This document shows positions 52,012 to 61,383 of a stretch of DNA of 64,000 bases, piece after piece (position 1 is the first letter of the stretch; each line of letters starts with the position of its first letter). Origin of the DNA: an archaeon (lineage in GTDB: Archaea; SpSt-1190; DYHY01); NCBI GenBank assembly GCA_037442745.1, contig JBBIPP010000004.1, positions 16,027 to 80,026 of the forward strand, read 5' to 3'. The notes below the pieces were generated by a model. It made no database searches and had not been told where the DNA came from. It saw nothing but the letters and a program-made list of their open reading frames with translations. The position numbers and the translations under genes are program-made.

Positions 52012-52695
52012 TCACACGAGAACTAAAAGCACAAGAGTCTCATATATTGCCCGCATTGCCGCGGAAGACCCGAACCCTCCGTTCTTCAGGTGAAGATATC
52101 CGGAGGCGGACCCTACCGCAAGCCCGAGAACAAAGTTCGGGACGGGTGGGAGGAACTTTGTCGTTAGGGCAAAGTATGTAGCGAAAAGAAGCGTTGCCAC
52201 AAGAAAGCCCGTTCGCTCCTCCCCGAAAGAATCCTGAAGTGCGCCCCGAAAGAACCATTCTTCCACGACTGCAATTGCGAACCTCACAATGAAGAAAATT
52301 GGGATGAACTTGAGCGATGCTTCTGGGTAGGGGAGAATTCCCGAGAAGACGAAATAGAAGAGCGCATATGTCGGGAGGAAGAGCGCAAGGGCAATCGGAA
52401 GAGTCCTTTTGAAGAAGTTTTTTCCGAAACCAATTGCTATTTCGAGGGCGAACTCACCTATCCCCCTTCCCCCAATGGCGGAAAAAGCAATGTTGAACGA
52501 GAGTATTGAGAGATAAACCGACCCTATCCCGAAAAGGTCGTCAATTGCCCTGCTCCCCGACGATATTCCGAGGAAATTGGCAAGTGAACTGAAATGGCCG
52601 AACCTTACAAGGAATGCGAGGAAAATCGCGAAAAGGGAAAAGCCGGCCGTGGCAGCGAAATCCCTCCAATGCATTGCAGTATTGTTCATTTTCAT
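52012..52695 (-). CDS. CPBP-family intramembrane glutamic metalloprotease (CAAX protease/Abi family)
   Basis: 227-aa polytopic ORF with VVEEWFFRGALQ (EExxxR motif 1). Confidence 0.8.
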   Translation of the reverse strand: MKMNNTAMHWRDFAATAGFSLFAIFLAFLVRFGHFSSLANFLGISSGSRAIDDLFGIGSVYLSILSFNIAFSAIGGRGIGEFALEIAIGFGKNFFKRTLPIALALFLPTYALFYFVFSGILPYPEASLKFIPIFFIVRFAIAVVEEWFFRGALQDSFGEERTGFLVATLLFATYFALTTKFLPPVPNFVLGLAVGSASGYLHLKNGGFGSSAAMRAIYETLVLLVLV

Positions 52696-52847
52696 TTTTT
52701 CTTCTTGTCCTTTTTCTCTTCCTTAATCGGTGGGGTGTTGAAGACAAGCGCAAGACCTGCGACGAAAAAGACGGTGAAAAACATTATTATTGAGACTAAA
52801 AGCAGGCTCGGTAAATCAGAGAAAATTGTGTCGAACGGAGTTGCCAT
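52692..52847 (-). CDS. Unlisted 51-aa single-TM peptide, ATGA-coupled to the CPBP protease gene
   Basis: Hand translation: MATPFDTIFSDLPSLLLVSIIMFFTVFFVAGLALVFNTPPIKEEKKDKKKK. Its TGA overlaps the protease ATG. TTAAATATTG lies about 25 nt upstream of its ATG. Confidence 0.5.
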   Translation of the reverse strand: MATPFDTIFSDLPSLLLVSIIMFFTVFFVAGLALVFNTPPIKEEKKDKKKK

Positions 52848-52931
52848 ATCGGGCGCCCGTTTTTTCAATATTTAATGGTTTTTCCGGGTTAAGGGTTAAA
52901 TACTCTAGGCGAGGCGGGGCTTTGGACCCAA

Positions 52932-53393
52932 ATGGACAAACCCCCAAAGCAGGCCAACCGCCCCCAAAGCACGTGCATTTTCTGCAGGATAATTGCTGGA
53001 GAAGCGAAGGCATTCAAAATTGCAGAGACGGAGAATTCCATCTCAATACTAGACGCATTCCCAGTGACTGAGGGGCACATACTCGTCCTCCCAAAAAGTC
53101 ATTACAAGACATTCTTCGATGTCCCGGAGGCCGAAATTGCTTCAATTTTCTCGGAAGCTAGGAAAATTGCCTCCCTCCAGAAAAGGGCGCTCGAAGCGTC
53201 AGGCTTCAACATTGCGACAGCCCCTTCTGCAATAGACCATTTCCATGTGCATGTTATCCCAAGATACGACTATGACCTGATGGGTCCGTTGGCAGATCTT
53301 GACAACAAGAGGGAAATGTCCCCTGAGAAAATGAAGGAGATTTTCGGGAAGCTTGTTGACAAAAAGGTCTCCGAGCGGAAAAAGAAAGAGTGA
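52932..53393 (+). CDS. HIT-family (histidine triad) nucleotide hydrolase/transferase
   Basis: 153-aa ORF. CIFCRIIAGE, GHILVLPKSH, histidine triad HFHVHVIP. Confidence 0.9.
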   Translation: MDKPPKQANRPQSTCIFCRIIAGEAKAFKIAETENSISILDAFPVTEGHILVLPKSHYKTFFDVPEAEIASIFSEARKIASLQKRALEASGFNIATAPSAIDHFHVHVIPRYDYDLMGPLADLDNKREMSPEKMKEIFGKLVDKKVSERKKKE

Positions 53394-53436
53394 GTTTTTT
53401 TCGAGTCAGGGACGTTTTGTTGAAAACCCACAGGCA

Positions 53437-54020
53437 GTGCTCTTCTACCTTGACGGGACTCTTGCAGACAACCTTCCTTTGTTCGTCGAGGCATATTCTT
53501 CCGTGGCAAAAGCTGTTTGACTGCGGATTGGGAAGCCGAAATGCCCTTCCGATGCATTGGAAAAACCGAGCGGGAAATCTGCGAGCGAGCGGGGCTTCCG
53601 GAAAAGGAAAACGAGTTCCGAAGATTTTATTTCAGGGAAATAAAACGAACAATTATACCAAATTCAAAACCATCTCCCGGGGCGAAGGAGCTATCGGATT
53701 ATTTGGAACTGGCGGGTGAAGACTTGCGGGCTTGCCGGATGTTTCGGGAAAAATGCAATCCTTTCGCGCGAGGCGGTGGAGCTGCAGAAGACCGCTCTCG
53801 ATCAAGCCATTCTTGCCTGAGGGATTCTGAAGGCAAATCCCGCTTTCATTATTGTTGTCGGGGATTCCACCTCAGAAATCTGAATGGCCAATCCGCCGGA
53901 TGCTTTTCATTCCTCTATAGGCCGGACGGCTATTCCAAATATTTCAGGCCAAATAAGGAGTTTCCTCCTTCTGCGCGCATAAAATCCCTCCTCTCCATGA
54001 AAAAAGTTCCCCTTCCCTAG
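53437..54020 (+). pseudogene. HAD-superfamily phosphatase-like gene, multiply frameshifted and with a degenerate motif I
   Basis: Homologous pieces in three frames: VLFYLDGTLADN (motif I with Tyr in place of the nucleophile Asp), PFRCIGKTEREICERAGLP...SPGAKELSDYL, and ANPAFIIVVGDSTSEI (motif IV). Confidence 0.5.
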
Positions 54021-54694
54021 AATTCAATACCTTTCCGGGCATAAATTCCCTTGTCATAGGGGTGCTTTAGGAAGGACACCTCATTTACGACGTCCGCCAC
54101 GTCAATTATCTCTTTTGGCGCATTCCTTCCGGTGAGAATGAGCTCGGTTTTCATATTGGTTTTTCTAATTACTTCTAGCACGCGCTCGACGGATACCAAG
54201 CCGAAGGAGATGGCAATGTTTATCTCGTCAAGAATCACAACGTCCCATTCCCCGGATTCCGCCCGCCTTTCCCCTTCCATGATTGCATCATCGCAGAATT
54301 TCTTGTCAGTCTCGTCAAGAGCGAAGCAGTTCCTGCAATAGCTCTCGAACATGCCCTCCGAGAATTCCTTCTCATGCTTCCAGTGGTTCACGCATTTCTT
54401 GCAATAGGAGATTATTTCAATAGGAAGGTTTCCGAACTTGCGGAGAGCCAAGACCTCTCCAGTATAGCCGGTTTTCAGGAACTGGATCATTGATGTCCGA
54501 AAACCGTATCCTGCTGCCCGAAGGGCAAGCCCGAGAGAAGCGGTAGTCTTCCCCTTGCCGTTTCCTGTATAAACCTGGACTAGGCCGAGCCGGCTCCTTT
54601 CCCTAAGAGTCTGGCCGGAAAGATCTCTTATTTTCTCCGGGAGATGCGCCCTCAAGCTTTCATCTGCTTCCTTTCTCCCGGCGGATTCTTCCAT
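54017..54694 (-). CDS. cobO: Cob(I)yrinic acid a,c-diamide / cob(I)alamin adenosyltransferase (CobA/CobO/BtuR type) with a CxxC...CxxC insertion
   Basis: GLVQVYTGNGKGKTTASLGLALRAAG P-loop, VVILDEIN, TGRNAP, VSFLKHPYDKGIYARKGIEF. Start taken at MEESAGRK. The track ORF extends to 55012 only by running over nrdJ in another frame. Confidence 0.8.
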   Translation of the reverse strand: MEESAGRKEADESLRAHLPEKIRDLSGQTLRERSRLGLVQVYTGNGKGKTTASLGLALRAAGYGFRTSMIQFLKTGYTGEVLALRKFGNLPIEIISYCKKCVNHWKHEKEFSEGMFESYCRNCFALDETDKKFCDDAIMEGERRAESGEWDVVILDEINIAISFGLVSVERVLEVIRKTNMKTELILTGRNAPKEIIDVADVVNEVSFLKHPYDKGIYARKGIEF

Positions 54695-54726
54695 TTCAAT
54701 TCCTTGTTCTTGTATCTGACTCTCGC

Positions 54727-57042
54727 TCACATGCTGCATGCGGAATATCCGCACTCCCTGCAGGAAAAGCACCCTTCCGCATAGGAAATGTTCGGGCTCT
54801 TGCAGGTAGGGCAGTTGTCGAGCTTCGAGAGGGCGCTTTTTGTAGCAACAAAGCTGTCGAACCCCCAGTTGTCCGGACAATCTACCGGCTTTATTGTCAT
54901 TTTCTCGGGGACAATTTCTTGGGGCTTTTTTTCTTCCTTGACAAGGTTCAGTATCTGGACTTTCCTCGAGTCGTTCCTGTATACAGTGCACCCTTTGCAC
55001 CCAAGTTGCCAAGCCAGAACATACCCGGCCATTACTTCCTCTTTCGTTGCAGAGTTCGGGAAGTTTATTGTCTTCGATATTGCGTTGTCGAAATTCTCCT
55101 GGAATGCGGCCTGCATTTTTATGTGGTCAATTGCCGGGATTTCGAGAGCAGTCACATAGACCCGCCTTATTTCCTCCGGAATTTCCTCAATTCCTTGCAC
55201 CGACCCTGTCTTTGTTATCTTGTCAAGAATTTCCTCGGTCGCAAGGCCCCTCTTTTCGAGCTCGGCTTCCAGATGCTTGTTCACATATCTGAGGCTCATC
55301 CCGCCCATTATGTTGCTCTTCTCATATGCGAGGGCGAAATAGGGTTCAAGGCCAGACGCGACTTCGGCAACCATTGAAATCGATCCTGTCGGGGCAATGC
55401 AAGTCAGGGCAACGTTTCGCCTCTTTTCTCCATTCTGCGAGAATACTGACTTGTCCCAGTTTGGGAACTGCCCTTTTTCTGTTGCCAGCTCAATGCTCTC
55501 CTCCCTTGCCGCATCCTGGATTGTCTTTGAAACCTTTCTTGCCATTTCAAAGCCCTCTTCTGAGTTGTATTTTATCTTCATCTTGTACAGGAGGTCCGCA
55601 AATCCCATCAGCCCGAGGCCGATTCTCCGGTTTGCCCTGAAAGTTGTGTTAACCCTGTCGGTAGAGAAGTTCGTGATGTCAATAACGTTGTCAAGCATCC
55701 TTATTGAGGTTTTAGTCGCCCTTTTCAGGCCCTCTTCGTCTAAACTGCCTTCCAATGTCACGAATTTTTCGAGGTTAATTGAGCCGAGGTTGCATACGTC
55801 CCCGTCGTGGAGGAACTGCTCCCCGCAGGGGTTGCACGCCTCAAGGCTCCCGACACCCGGAAGTGGGTTTGACTTGTTAACAGTGTCAAGGAAGACAATT
55901 CCTGGCTCCCCGTTGTTCCATGCTGCGTTCACAATCTCGTTCATTATTTCGGTTGCAGTCAGAGGCTCTTCCTTTATTGTCCGTATTATTCCCAAGGAAT
56001 CCCTTGTTATCCTTCTCGGAAACATCTTCTTTCCGTTGAACTGGCACATCCATTGCTCCTTTGAGTTCTCGGAAACTGCTTTCATGAATTCGTCGGTCAT
56101 CCCGACTGAAATGTTGAAATTCTTGACTTTCCCTTCAATTTCCTTGCAATGGATAAAGTCGAGAATGTCCGGATGGTCAACCCGCATAACTGCCATGTTC
56201 GCGCCGTGCCTTCCCTGCTGCTTGATTATACCGAAAGCTTCGTTATATACGTGGAGGAATGAGACGGGACCGCTCGCGCTTCCGGCGGATCTCTTTGTTT
56301 GCGTTCCTGCCGGCCTGAGCATATGGAAAGGAAACCCTAGCCCGCTTCCCCCTTGCTGGAGGAGAGCCGCATCCTTTAGTGTCTGGAAAATCCCCTCCAT
56401 TGTGTCGTCAATGTGAAGGACAATGCAGTTTGAGACAACGGGGGTGCCGGTTCCAGCGTTCCGAAGTGTTCGCCCTGCCGGAAGGAATGAAAGGGTTGCC
56501 ATTAGATTGTAGAACTCTTTTCTGTATTTTTCCACTTCATAGGAAGTCTTTCCGTACTTGTATTCAATTTCGGCAAGGGTTCTTGCTACCCGTTCGAAAA
56601 TCTCGTTTGGGGTCTCGGTCGGCTTTCCGTCTGAATCGAGAACTGAATAGCGTTTCGCGACTGTCCGAAGGGCGTTCGGAGTTAAGTTTGTCTTGAAATC
56701 ACGCCCGTACAAGGCTAGCTTGAGCTTCCTGAGTTCGTTCCTTTTCGCCCGGTAAAGGATGTACGCTTTCGCTGTCTTTGCGTGGCCGTTGTGTATCATG
56801 ACACGCTCCACAACATCTTGGACCTGCTCGACTGTCGGGACAAGCCCCTTTGAGAAATAGCTTGCTTCCAGCTCAGCTGTCGCCTGCCCGGCTTCAATGT
56901 CGGACTTTGTCCTGTCTTTTCCGCCTACTGCTAGGACTGACTTGAACATTGCGTCAGCTATTTTCTTCTCGTCATATGGGACAATTCGCCCGTCCCTTTT
57001 CTTAACCTGCCAATTTTTCGGGAGAGTTTTTTCTTCAGCCAC
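54727..57042 (-). CDS. nrdJ: Class II (adenosylcobalamin-dependent) ribonucleotide reductase with N-terminal ATP-cone and C-terminal zinc ribbon
   Basis: 771-aa ORF (GTG start). ATP-cone VKKRDGRIVPYDEKKI, GGSGLGFPFHMLRPAG, ACNPCGEQ...CNLGSINL (class II type), C-terminal CPTCKS...CFSCRECG. Confidence 0.9.
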   Translation of the reverse strand: MAEEKTLPKNWQVKKRDGRIVPYDEKKIADAMFKSVLAVGGKDRTKSDIEAGQATAELEASYFSKGLVPTVEQVQDVVERVMIHNGHAKTAKAYILYRAKRNELRKLKLALYGRDFKTNLTPNALRTVAKRYSVLDSDGKPTETPNEIFERVARTLAEIEYKYGKTSYEVEKYRKEFYNLMATLSFLPAGRTLRNAGTGTPVVSNCIVLHIDDTMEGIFQTLKDAALLQQGGSGLGFPFHMLRPAGTQTKRSAGSASGPVSFLHVYNEAFGIIKQQGRHGANMAVMRVDHPDILDFIHCKEIEGKVKNFNISVGMTDEFMKAVSENSKEQWMCQFNGKKMFPRRITRDSLGIIRTIKEEPLTATEIMNEIVNAAWNNGEPGIVFLDTVNKSNPLPGVGSLEACNPCGEQFLHDGDVCNLGSINLEKFVTLEGSLDEEGLKRATKTSIRMLDNVIDITNFSTDRVNTTFRANRRIGLGLMGFADLLYKMKIKYNSEEGFEMARKVSKTIQDAAREESIELATEKGQFPNWDKSVFSQNGEKRRNVALTCIAPTGSISMVAEVASGLEPYFALAYEKSNIMGGMSLRYVNKHLEAELEKRGLATEEILDKITKTGSVQGIEEIPEEIRRVYVTALEIPAIDHIKMQAAFQENFDNAISKTINFPNSATKEEVMAGYVLAWQLGCKGCTVYRNDSRKVQILNLVKEEKKPQEIVPEKMTIKPVDCPDNWGFDSFVATKSALSKLDNCPTCKSPNISYAEGCFSCRECGYSACSM

Positions 57043-57246
57043 TTTTCAACCAACTACCCGCTTCTTCGGCGGAGAAACTTTGTTTAAAAGCATATTTGTT
57101 GTTTGAAATGCTCTTGGAAATGGCCCGTTTATTTATCGGGAACCACTGGAAAGAAACAATAGGCTTTTTTCGGACATTTTTCCCAATAAGAATTGCTTAT
57201 ATACTAAAAAACTCTTTTAGAGGCAGAGCAAAAATCAGAATGAAGA

Positions 57247-57810
57247 ATGGTCGAACTTGCATTGAAATATCCGGCAAAGCTTTCTGGTTCTAGGGCAACA
57301 ATTAAGCAGGCCTTGGAAGAGGCGAAAATAGACGAAAAAGCCCTTCTTGCAGCGAACGGCACATGGCACACAATTGCCGAGAACGGAAAGGAGTTCACGA
57401 AAACGAGCGAATTCGAGTTCCTATACCTTCTGGGAAACAAGCCGAACCAGGCAAACCTCTCGTTTGAAGGGGGGAAATGGACGCTCGAGAAGATTGATTT
57501 GACAAACGAACTAGGGGAAATGGGCGAGGAAGGAAAGCTCCTTGCCAACCTTGAGGGAAAACTGGTTTCCGAAGAGAAAATCCTCGCAATTGTGGAAAAG
57601 GAGCTTTCAGATGTCAGGAAATCCGCTCCCCATATTAGGATAAAGCTGATTTCCTTTTCTGTCTCAGACGAGAAATACGAGATTCCTGCCTGGAGGGTTG
57701 AGGTTGGAAACTGGCCCCTAATGTCATATTACAAGGGAAGGGAAAAGGAGCGCCAATGCATACTGATTATTGACGCCCTTTCAGGCAAAGTTGTTGATTC
57801 AAGAAAATGA
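57247..57810 (+). CDS. Hypothetical protein (C-terminal PepSY-like impression)
   Basis: 187-aa ORF. TATA-like TTATATAC lies about 45 nt upstream. C-terminus IPAWRVEVGNW...LIIDALSGKVV. Confidence 0.5.
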   Translation: MVELALKYPAKLSGSRATIKQALEEAKIDEKALLAANGTWHTIAENGKEFTKTSEFEFLYLLGNKPNQANLSFEGGKWTLEKIDLTNELGEMGEEGKLLANLEGKLVSEEKILAIVEKELSDVRKSAPHIRIKLISFSVSDEKYEIPAWRVEVGNWPLMSYYKGREKERQCILIIDALSGKVVDSRK

Positions 57811-58150
57811 GCTGAGAGCGAATCCCTATAATTTTTGAGCTTTCAAAAGGAAAGAAAATAGCCCCTTTTGAAAGTTTCCAAATGTGATTATTGGAAGCTT
57901 CCGGAAGTTGGCCTGAAGGAAGTGGAAGCAATAAAATTAGCCATGGAAATGGAGCTTTTGGAGAAAACTGGGTGCAAGGCAAAAATCGGCAGGCTCTTTG
58001 GCTCAGTTGTCGAGAAGCGGGAGCGGTTCCGGTTAATCCAAATTTCTCATTTGAACAAAAGCAGGTCAAAGAATTGCGATGGAAAGTTCATTGTTGCACA
58101 GGACCAAGCGTTTGTTCGAGCTACCCTGAAAGCCGGCAAATTAGAGAGAC

Positions 58151-58453
58151 TTATTTTTTTCGCTTTACTCCCTTGCCCCTTACATATATTTCGCGCTCAA
58201 TTTTCTTCTCTTCCGCAAGTATTGCGCGTTCCCCTTGGAGGAGCTTGCCCTCGATTTTTCCAAGGTGCACAATCATGTCAGCCAAGAGGAGAAGGATTGC
58301 AAGATCAATTATTGCGCTTCTTACAAAGCTAGTTGTTTCGTTCGCAGTCATGTCTTTAATCATGAAAATCGCGCCGACAAAGAGCATTGCAACAGCGACT
58401 ACTACCAGCTTGTCGTGGTGTTCTAGTTCCTTCAGATCCTGGATTATGCCCAT
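58151..58453 (-). CDS. Small 2-TM protein with C-terminal coiled-coil/basic tail
   Basis: 100-aa ORF with two clear hydrophobic helices and an EEKKIEREIYVRGKGVKRKK tail. The overlapping plus-strand ORFs look like shadow frames in this interval. Confidence 0.5.
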   Translation of the reverse strand: MGIIQDLKELEHHDKLVVVAVAMLFVGAIFMIKDMTANETTSFVRSAIIDLAILLLLADMIVHLGKIEGKLLQGERAILAEEKKIEREIYVRGKGVKRKK

Positions 58454-58705
58454 TTCAGTAAAGCTCCTTGCAAAACTAGGATTTAATGGTTTCTAATACT
58501 GGTAAGAGGATGTTAATACCTTCCGACAATTGTTATTGTTATTGGAAGGCCGAACGAGAATGTGGCAACCCCAACAAGGGTTTCCGCAATCTTCGGATTC
58601 GGATTTTCCTTGAGAAGAAATCCTCCGTCAGACTAATCGGACTGGTAATCTGAATCTCTGCACTGATTGCCCCCAATTTTATTCAATAAACAACACCAGC
58701 ATATT

Positions 58706-59668
58706 TTAAGTTTTTTCGAGCGCCCCTTTCAGTTCCCGGGCAGCGGTCTCGGGGGGAGTCGAGTTTATGTAGACCCCTCCCCCCTTCTCAATTCCCGCAT
58801 GTATTGCCAATTTCGGCATTGAGAGAAGGTGCCAGTGCAGGTTCCCTTTCGGATTGCAGAAAATCGCATAGTTGAAAGGGATGTCTCCGAGGAGCTTTTT
58901 GTATGCCCGGAAGAGTTTTGAAACAAGAGGAGCTATTTCCCCCGGTTTTGGCATTCCCTTCCTGTGCTTTTTCGGGATAATCATTGCCTCGTATTTGAAA
59001 ACGGACGCATACGGGCAGATTATTGCATAATCCTTGTTCTCAAAAACAACCCGTTTCCCCTCCTTTAGTTCCTTTCCGACAATCGAGCAGTACTTGCACT
59101 TGTTTCCGGAAGGTCTAGAACCTTTTATTCTCTCCTCAATTCCCGGAAGCACTATCGGAAAGCCAGCAATCTGCGCATGGATATGGGAGAGGCTCGCTCC
59201 GGCCTCCCTGCCGTAATTGTGGAAAATCAGGACGGATTTTATCCTTTTGTCCCGGGAAATTTCATAGAACCTCTCGGAAAACACCGAAAAAACTTCCTCC
59301 AGTTCCCGCTCGCTCAAATCCCAAAGGCCTATTCCGTGCTTGTCCGTTTCAACAATTACCTCATGCCTTCCAAATGCTGGGGAGGACATTCCGAGCGCTC
59401 CTTTCCGGAGGGCGAACTTGGCAGATTTGTCAAGCGCGGCGAACTTGTTGTCGAAATTCCTGACAGTCCAGTCAGTTTCGTTCCCTCCTCTGAAAGAGAT
59501 TGTTGGCGGGGTTTCATTTTCATTCCCCTTGCAAAGCGGGCATTTGGATGTGTCTCCAGAAACCTCCGGCTTTTTGTCAAGATAATCGCTCGGACGCTTT
59601 CCCCTCCCGGGGGAGATTAGGACAATTGTTCTTGTCACCGGATCAATCCTGAATTCGTTCTCCTGCAT
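58706..59668 (-). CDS. galT: Galactose-1-phosphate uridylyltransferase-family enzyme (HIT superfamily, GalT branch)
   Basis: 320-aa ORF. Zinc motif CPLCKGNE, active-site SLSHIHAQI (H-x-H-x-Q). Confidence 0.8.
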   Translation of the reverse strand: MQENEFRIDPVTRTIVLISPGRGKRPSDYLDKKPEVSGDTSKCPLCKGNENETPPTISFRGGNETDWTVRNFDNKFAALDKSAKFALRKGALGMSSPAFGRHEVIVETDKHGIGLWDLSERELEEVFSVFSERFYEISRDKRIKSVLIFHNYGREAGASLSHIHAQIAGFPIVLPGIEERIKGSRPSGNKCKYCSIVGKELKEGKRVVFENKDYAIICPYASVFKYEAMIIPKKHRKGMPKPGEIAPLVSKLFRAYKKLLGDIPFNYAIFCNPKGNLHWHLLSMPKLAIHAGIEKGGGVYINSTPPETAARELKGALEKT

Positions 59669-59750
59669 TTCCGGACAATCCGCCTCCGTCCTGCGTATTT
59701 ATTCTTTATACTTGAAAGGTTATTTATAGTCGGGCGCCAATTCTCACCAA

Positions 59751-60587
59751 ATGGTTTTCGAGAGCCTTCTTTCTGCAAGGGCGGCTGAGGAGAAGCCGAT
59801 TTTCGATTTCTTCTTCGGGGTTCTGCTTTCCATTGTCTCCTTCATTTCCGCATATTTCCTTTTTCCGGGAATTGCCTCAATTGTCTCAATTGTGCTTCTT
59901 TCAATTGGGCTTGTGCCGGTTCTCCTGAAGATTTTCTATTACGAGGACGAGTCCGAAAACGCCCTGAATGGATGGAAAAAGATTTTCCAGGTTCATTCCA
60001 AGGCACTCCGCTTCTTTCTGATGTTCTTCCTAGGAGTCTCTTTCACAGTCGCCCTTCTCTACACATATCTTCCCAAATACGGCTTCTCCGAGGTTTCAGA
60101 CAGGCTTTTTTCAGAGGAGCGAAACGAGATATTGGCAATTGCGGAAAGCGTCGGGAATGCCGGGATGTTCTCCGGGCTGTTTTCGAACCAGACGACAGGC
60201 ATGATTGTTCAAAACAACCTGATTGTCCTGATGGCGTCCTTCGTTCTTTCGCTTGTTTTCGGAGGGGGCGCGGCATTTGTCCTTGCTTGGAACTCTGCCG
60301 TTTTCGGCGTTTTCCTCGCAATTGCCTTTGAAAGAAACCCGCTTTATCTCCCTTTTGCCCTGCTATACGCAATTCCGGAGCTTGTCGCATATTATGTAGG
60401 GGCATTTTCAGGAGGGCTTCTTTCAGCCGAGTTCTCCAAAGTTTTCTCAATTAATACAGATGACGAGAGAACGAAACGCATAAAGCCTTCGCTATCTATT
60501 GTAATGAATTCAGCAATACTTCTCATTGGGGCAGCTGCCTTGATAGTTTTTATGGGGATTTTCGAGGGCTTTTTGATTTCCCTCTAG
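59751..60587 (+). CDS. SpoIIM/DUF95-like polytopic membrane protein
   Basis: 278-aa ORF. FVLSLVFGGGAAFVLAWNSAVFGVFLA and the YAIPELVAYYVGAFSGG pattern. Confidence 0.6.
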   Translation: MVFESLLSARAAEEKPIFDFFFGVLLSIVSFISAYFLFPGIASIVSIVLLSIGLVPVLLKIFYYEDESENALNGWKKIFQVHSKALRFFLMFFLGVSFTVALLYTYLPKYGFSEVSDRLFSEERNEILAIAESVGNAGMFSGLFSNQTTGMIVQNNLIVLMASFVLSLVFGGGAAFVLAWNSAVFGVFLAIAFERNPLYLPFALLYAIPELVAYYVGAFSGGLLSAEFSKVFSINTDDERTKRIKPSLSIVMNSAILLIGAAALIVFMGIFEGFLISL

Positions 60588-61026
60588 AAATATTGCTGAT
60601 TTTTTCCCAACTCTCAGGATCCCTTCCTTGAACCTGCCTGAAAATTGGATTTATTTTTCCAGAAATCCTAGAAAGATCGCTAGGGCTACGTTCAGAGACT
60701 TTTCTTTTCAGGTAGTTGCATTCATATCTGACTTGGCCTTTGGAAACCGGGATTTTTCTTCCTGCGCTTCCTGAAAAGGAAGGTTTTAGAATTTTTTCAG
60801 GATTGAAAGAATAGCCTCGCGAAACTGCCTCTTTTCGGACAGTTGACAAGTATGCTCCAATTGCGGAAAGCGGCTCTTCTGCTTTCTTGAACCTCTCCAA
60901 CTGGGGATGGTTTCTATACCCTTTTGTTTTTCCAGCCAAAACTGCCTGGGCGAGAAGAGCCTCCCTCCACAGTGCTACAAGCCCCGCTCTGTCAAGATTT
61001 TCTGGATGAAGCGTCCAGAGCCTCAA
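60550..61026 (-). CDS. Pyrimidine-dimer DNA glycosylase (T4 endonuclease V / DenV-like family)
   Basis: 158-aa ORF. MRLWTLHPENLDRAGLVALWREALLAQAVLAGKTKGYRNHPQLERF is a close match to the family consensus. Confidence 0.85.
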   Translation of the reverse strand: MRLWTLHPENLDRAGLVALWREALLAQAVLAGKTKGYRNHPQLERFKKAEEPLSAIGAYLSTVRKEAVSRGYSFNPEKILKPSFSGSAGRKIPVSKGQVRYECNYLKRKVSERSPSDLSRISGKINPIFRQVQGRDPESWEKISNISRGKSKSPRKSP

Positions 61027-61383
61027 TTTTTAGTCACCTTTCTTTGCCTTGGATATCTGTTCGTTAAAGCCGAGCATTTCTGAAATATAAATTTTCGCGC
61101 GCCCCGCTTCGCGGGAATCTGCCCAAATGGGCATAATATTACCATTTTTTGAGAAACAGCGCCGAACTTTAATAAATGACTCTTCCGGACAGAAAAATGC
61201 CAATGATGACGACGAGCCGAACCAATCCCGACCGGGTAACTCCGGAAGGGGCGTGCGGAATGACGTGCGGTCTGAGGCGCATTCTTTGCGGCCGAGTCCA
61301 GAGGACGATGTCTGGAACAATAGTGAAAGAACTGACGTGCGGTCTGAGGAGTTTTTTTTCCAGCGAAGCCGAGCGAGTCCAAA

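Noticed and set aside
54695-55012. N-terminal ~106 residues of the 331-aa ORF containing the CobO-like gene
   Set aside because: This part overlaps the nrdJ C-terminal zinc-ribbon coding region in another frame and has no CobO similarity. The true start is most likely ATG 54694, or 54739.
55397-56416. 339-aa plus-strand ORF
   Set aside because: It is antisense to nrdJ, whose motifs are unambiguous. A shadow frame with low-complexity S/L/P composition.
57868-58496. 154-aa and 201-aa plus-strand ORFs
   Set aside because: Their 3' halves overlap the better-supported 2-TM gene on the minus strand (58151..58453) and read as low-complexity junk there. The first ~95 codons of 57868.. might be a real small gene, but no motif supports it.
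58454-58705. Possible tRNA, ncRNA or small ORF in the 250-bp spacer before galT
   Set aside because: It has hairpins (CCTTCC...GGAAGG, GGATTTTC...GAAGAAATCC) but no T-loop or anticodon-arm geometry. The attractive hydrophobic minus-strand frame (..IAETLVGVATFSFGLPITITIVGRY) has no start codon after an upstream stop. The 43-codon plus-strand ORF has no supporting signal.
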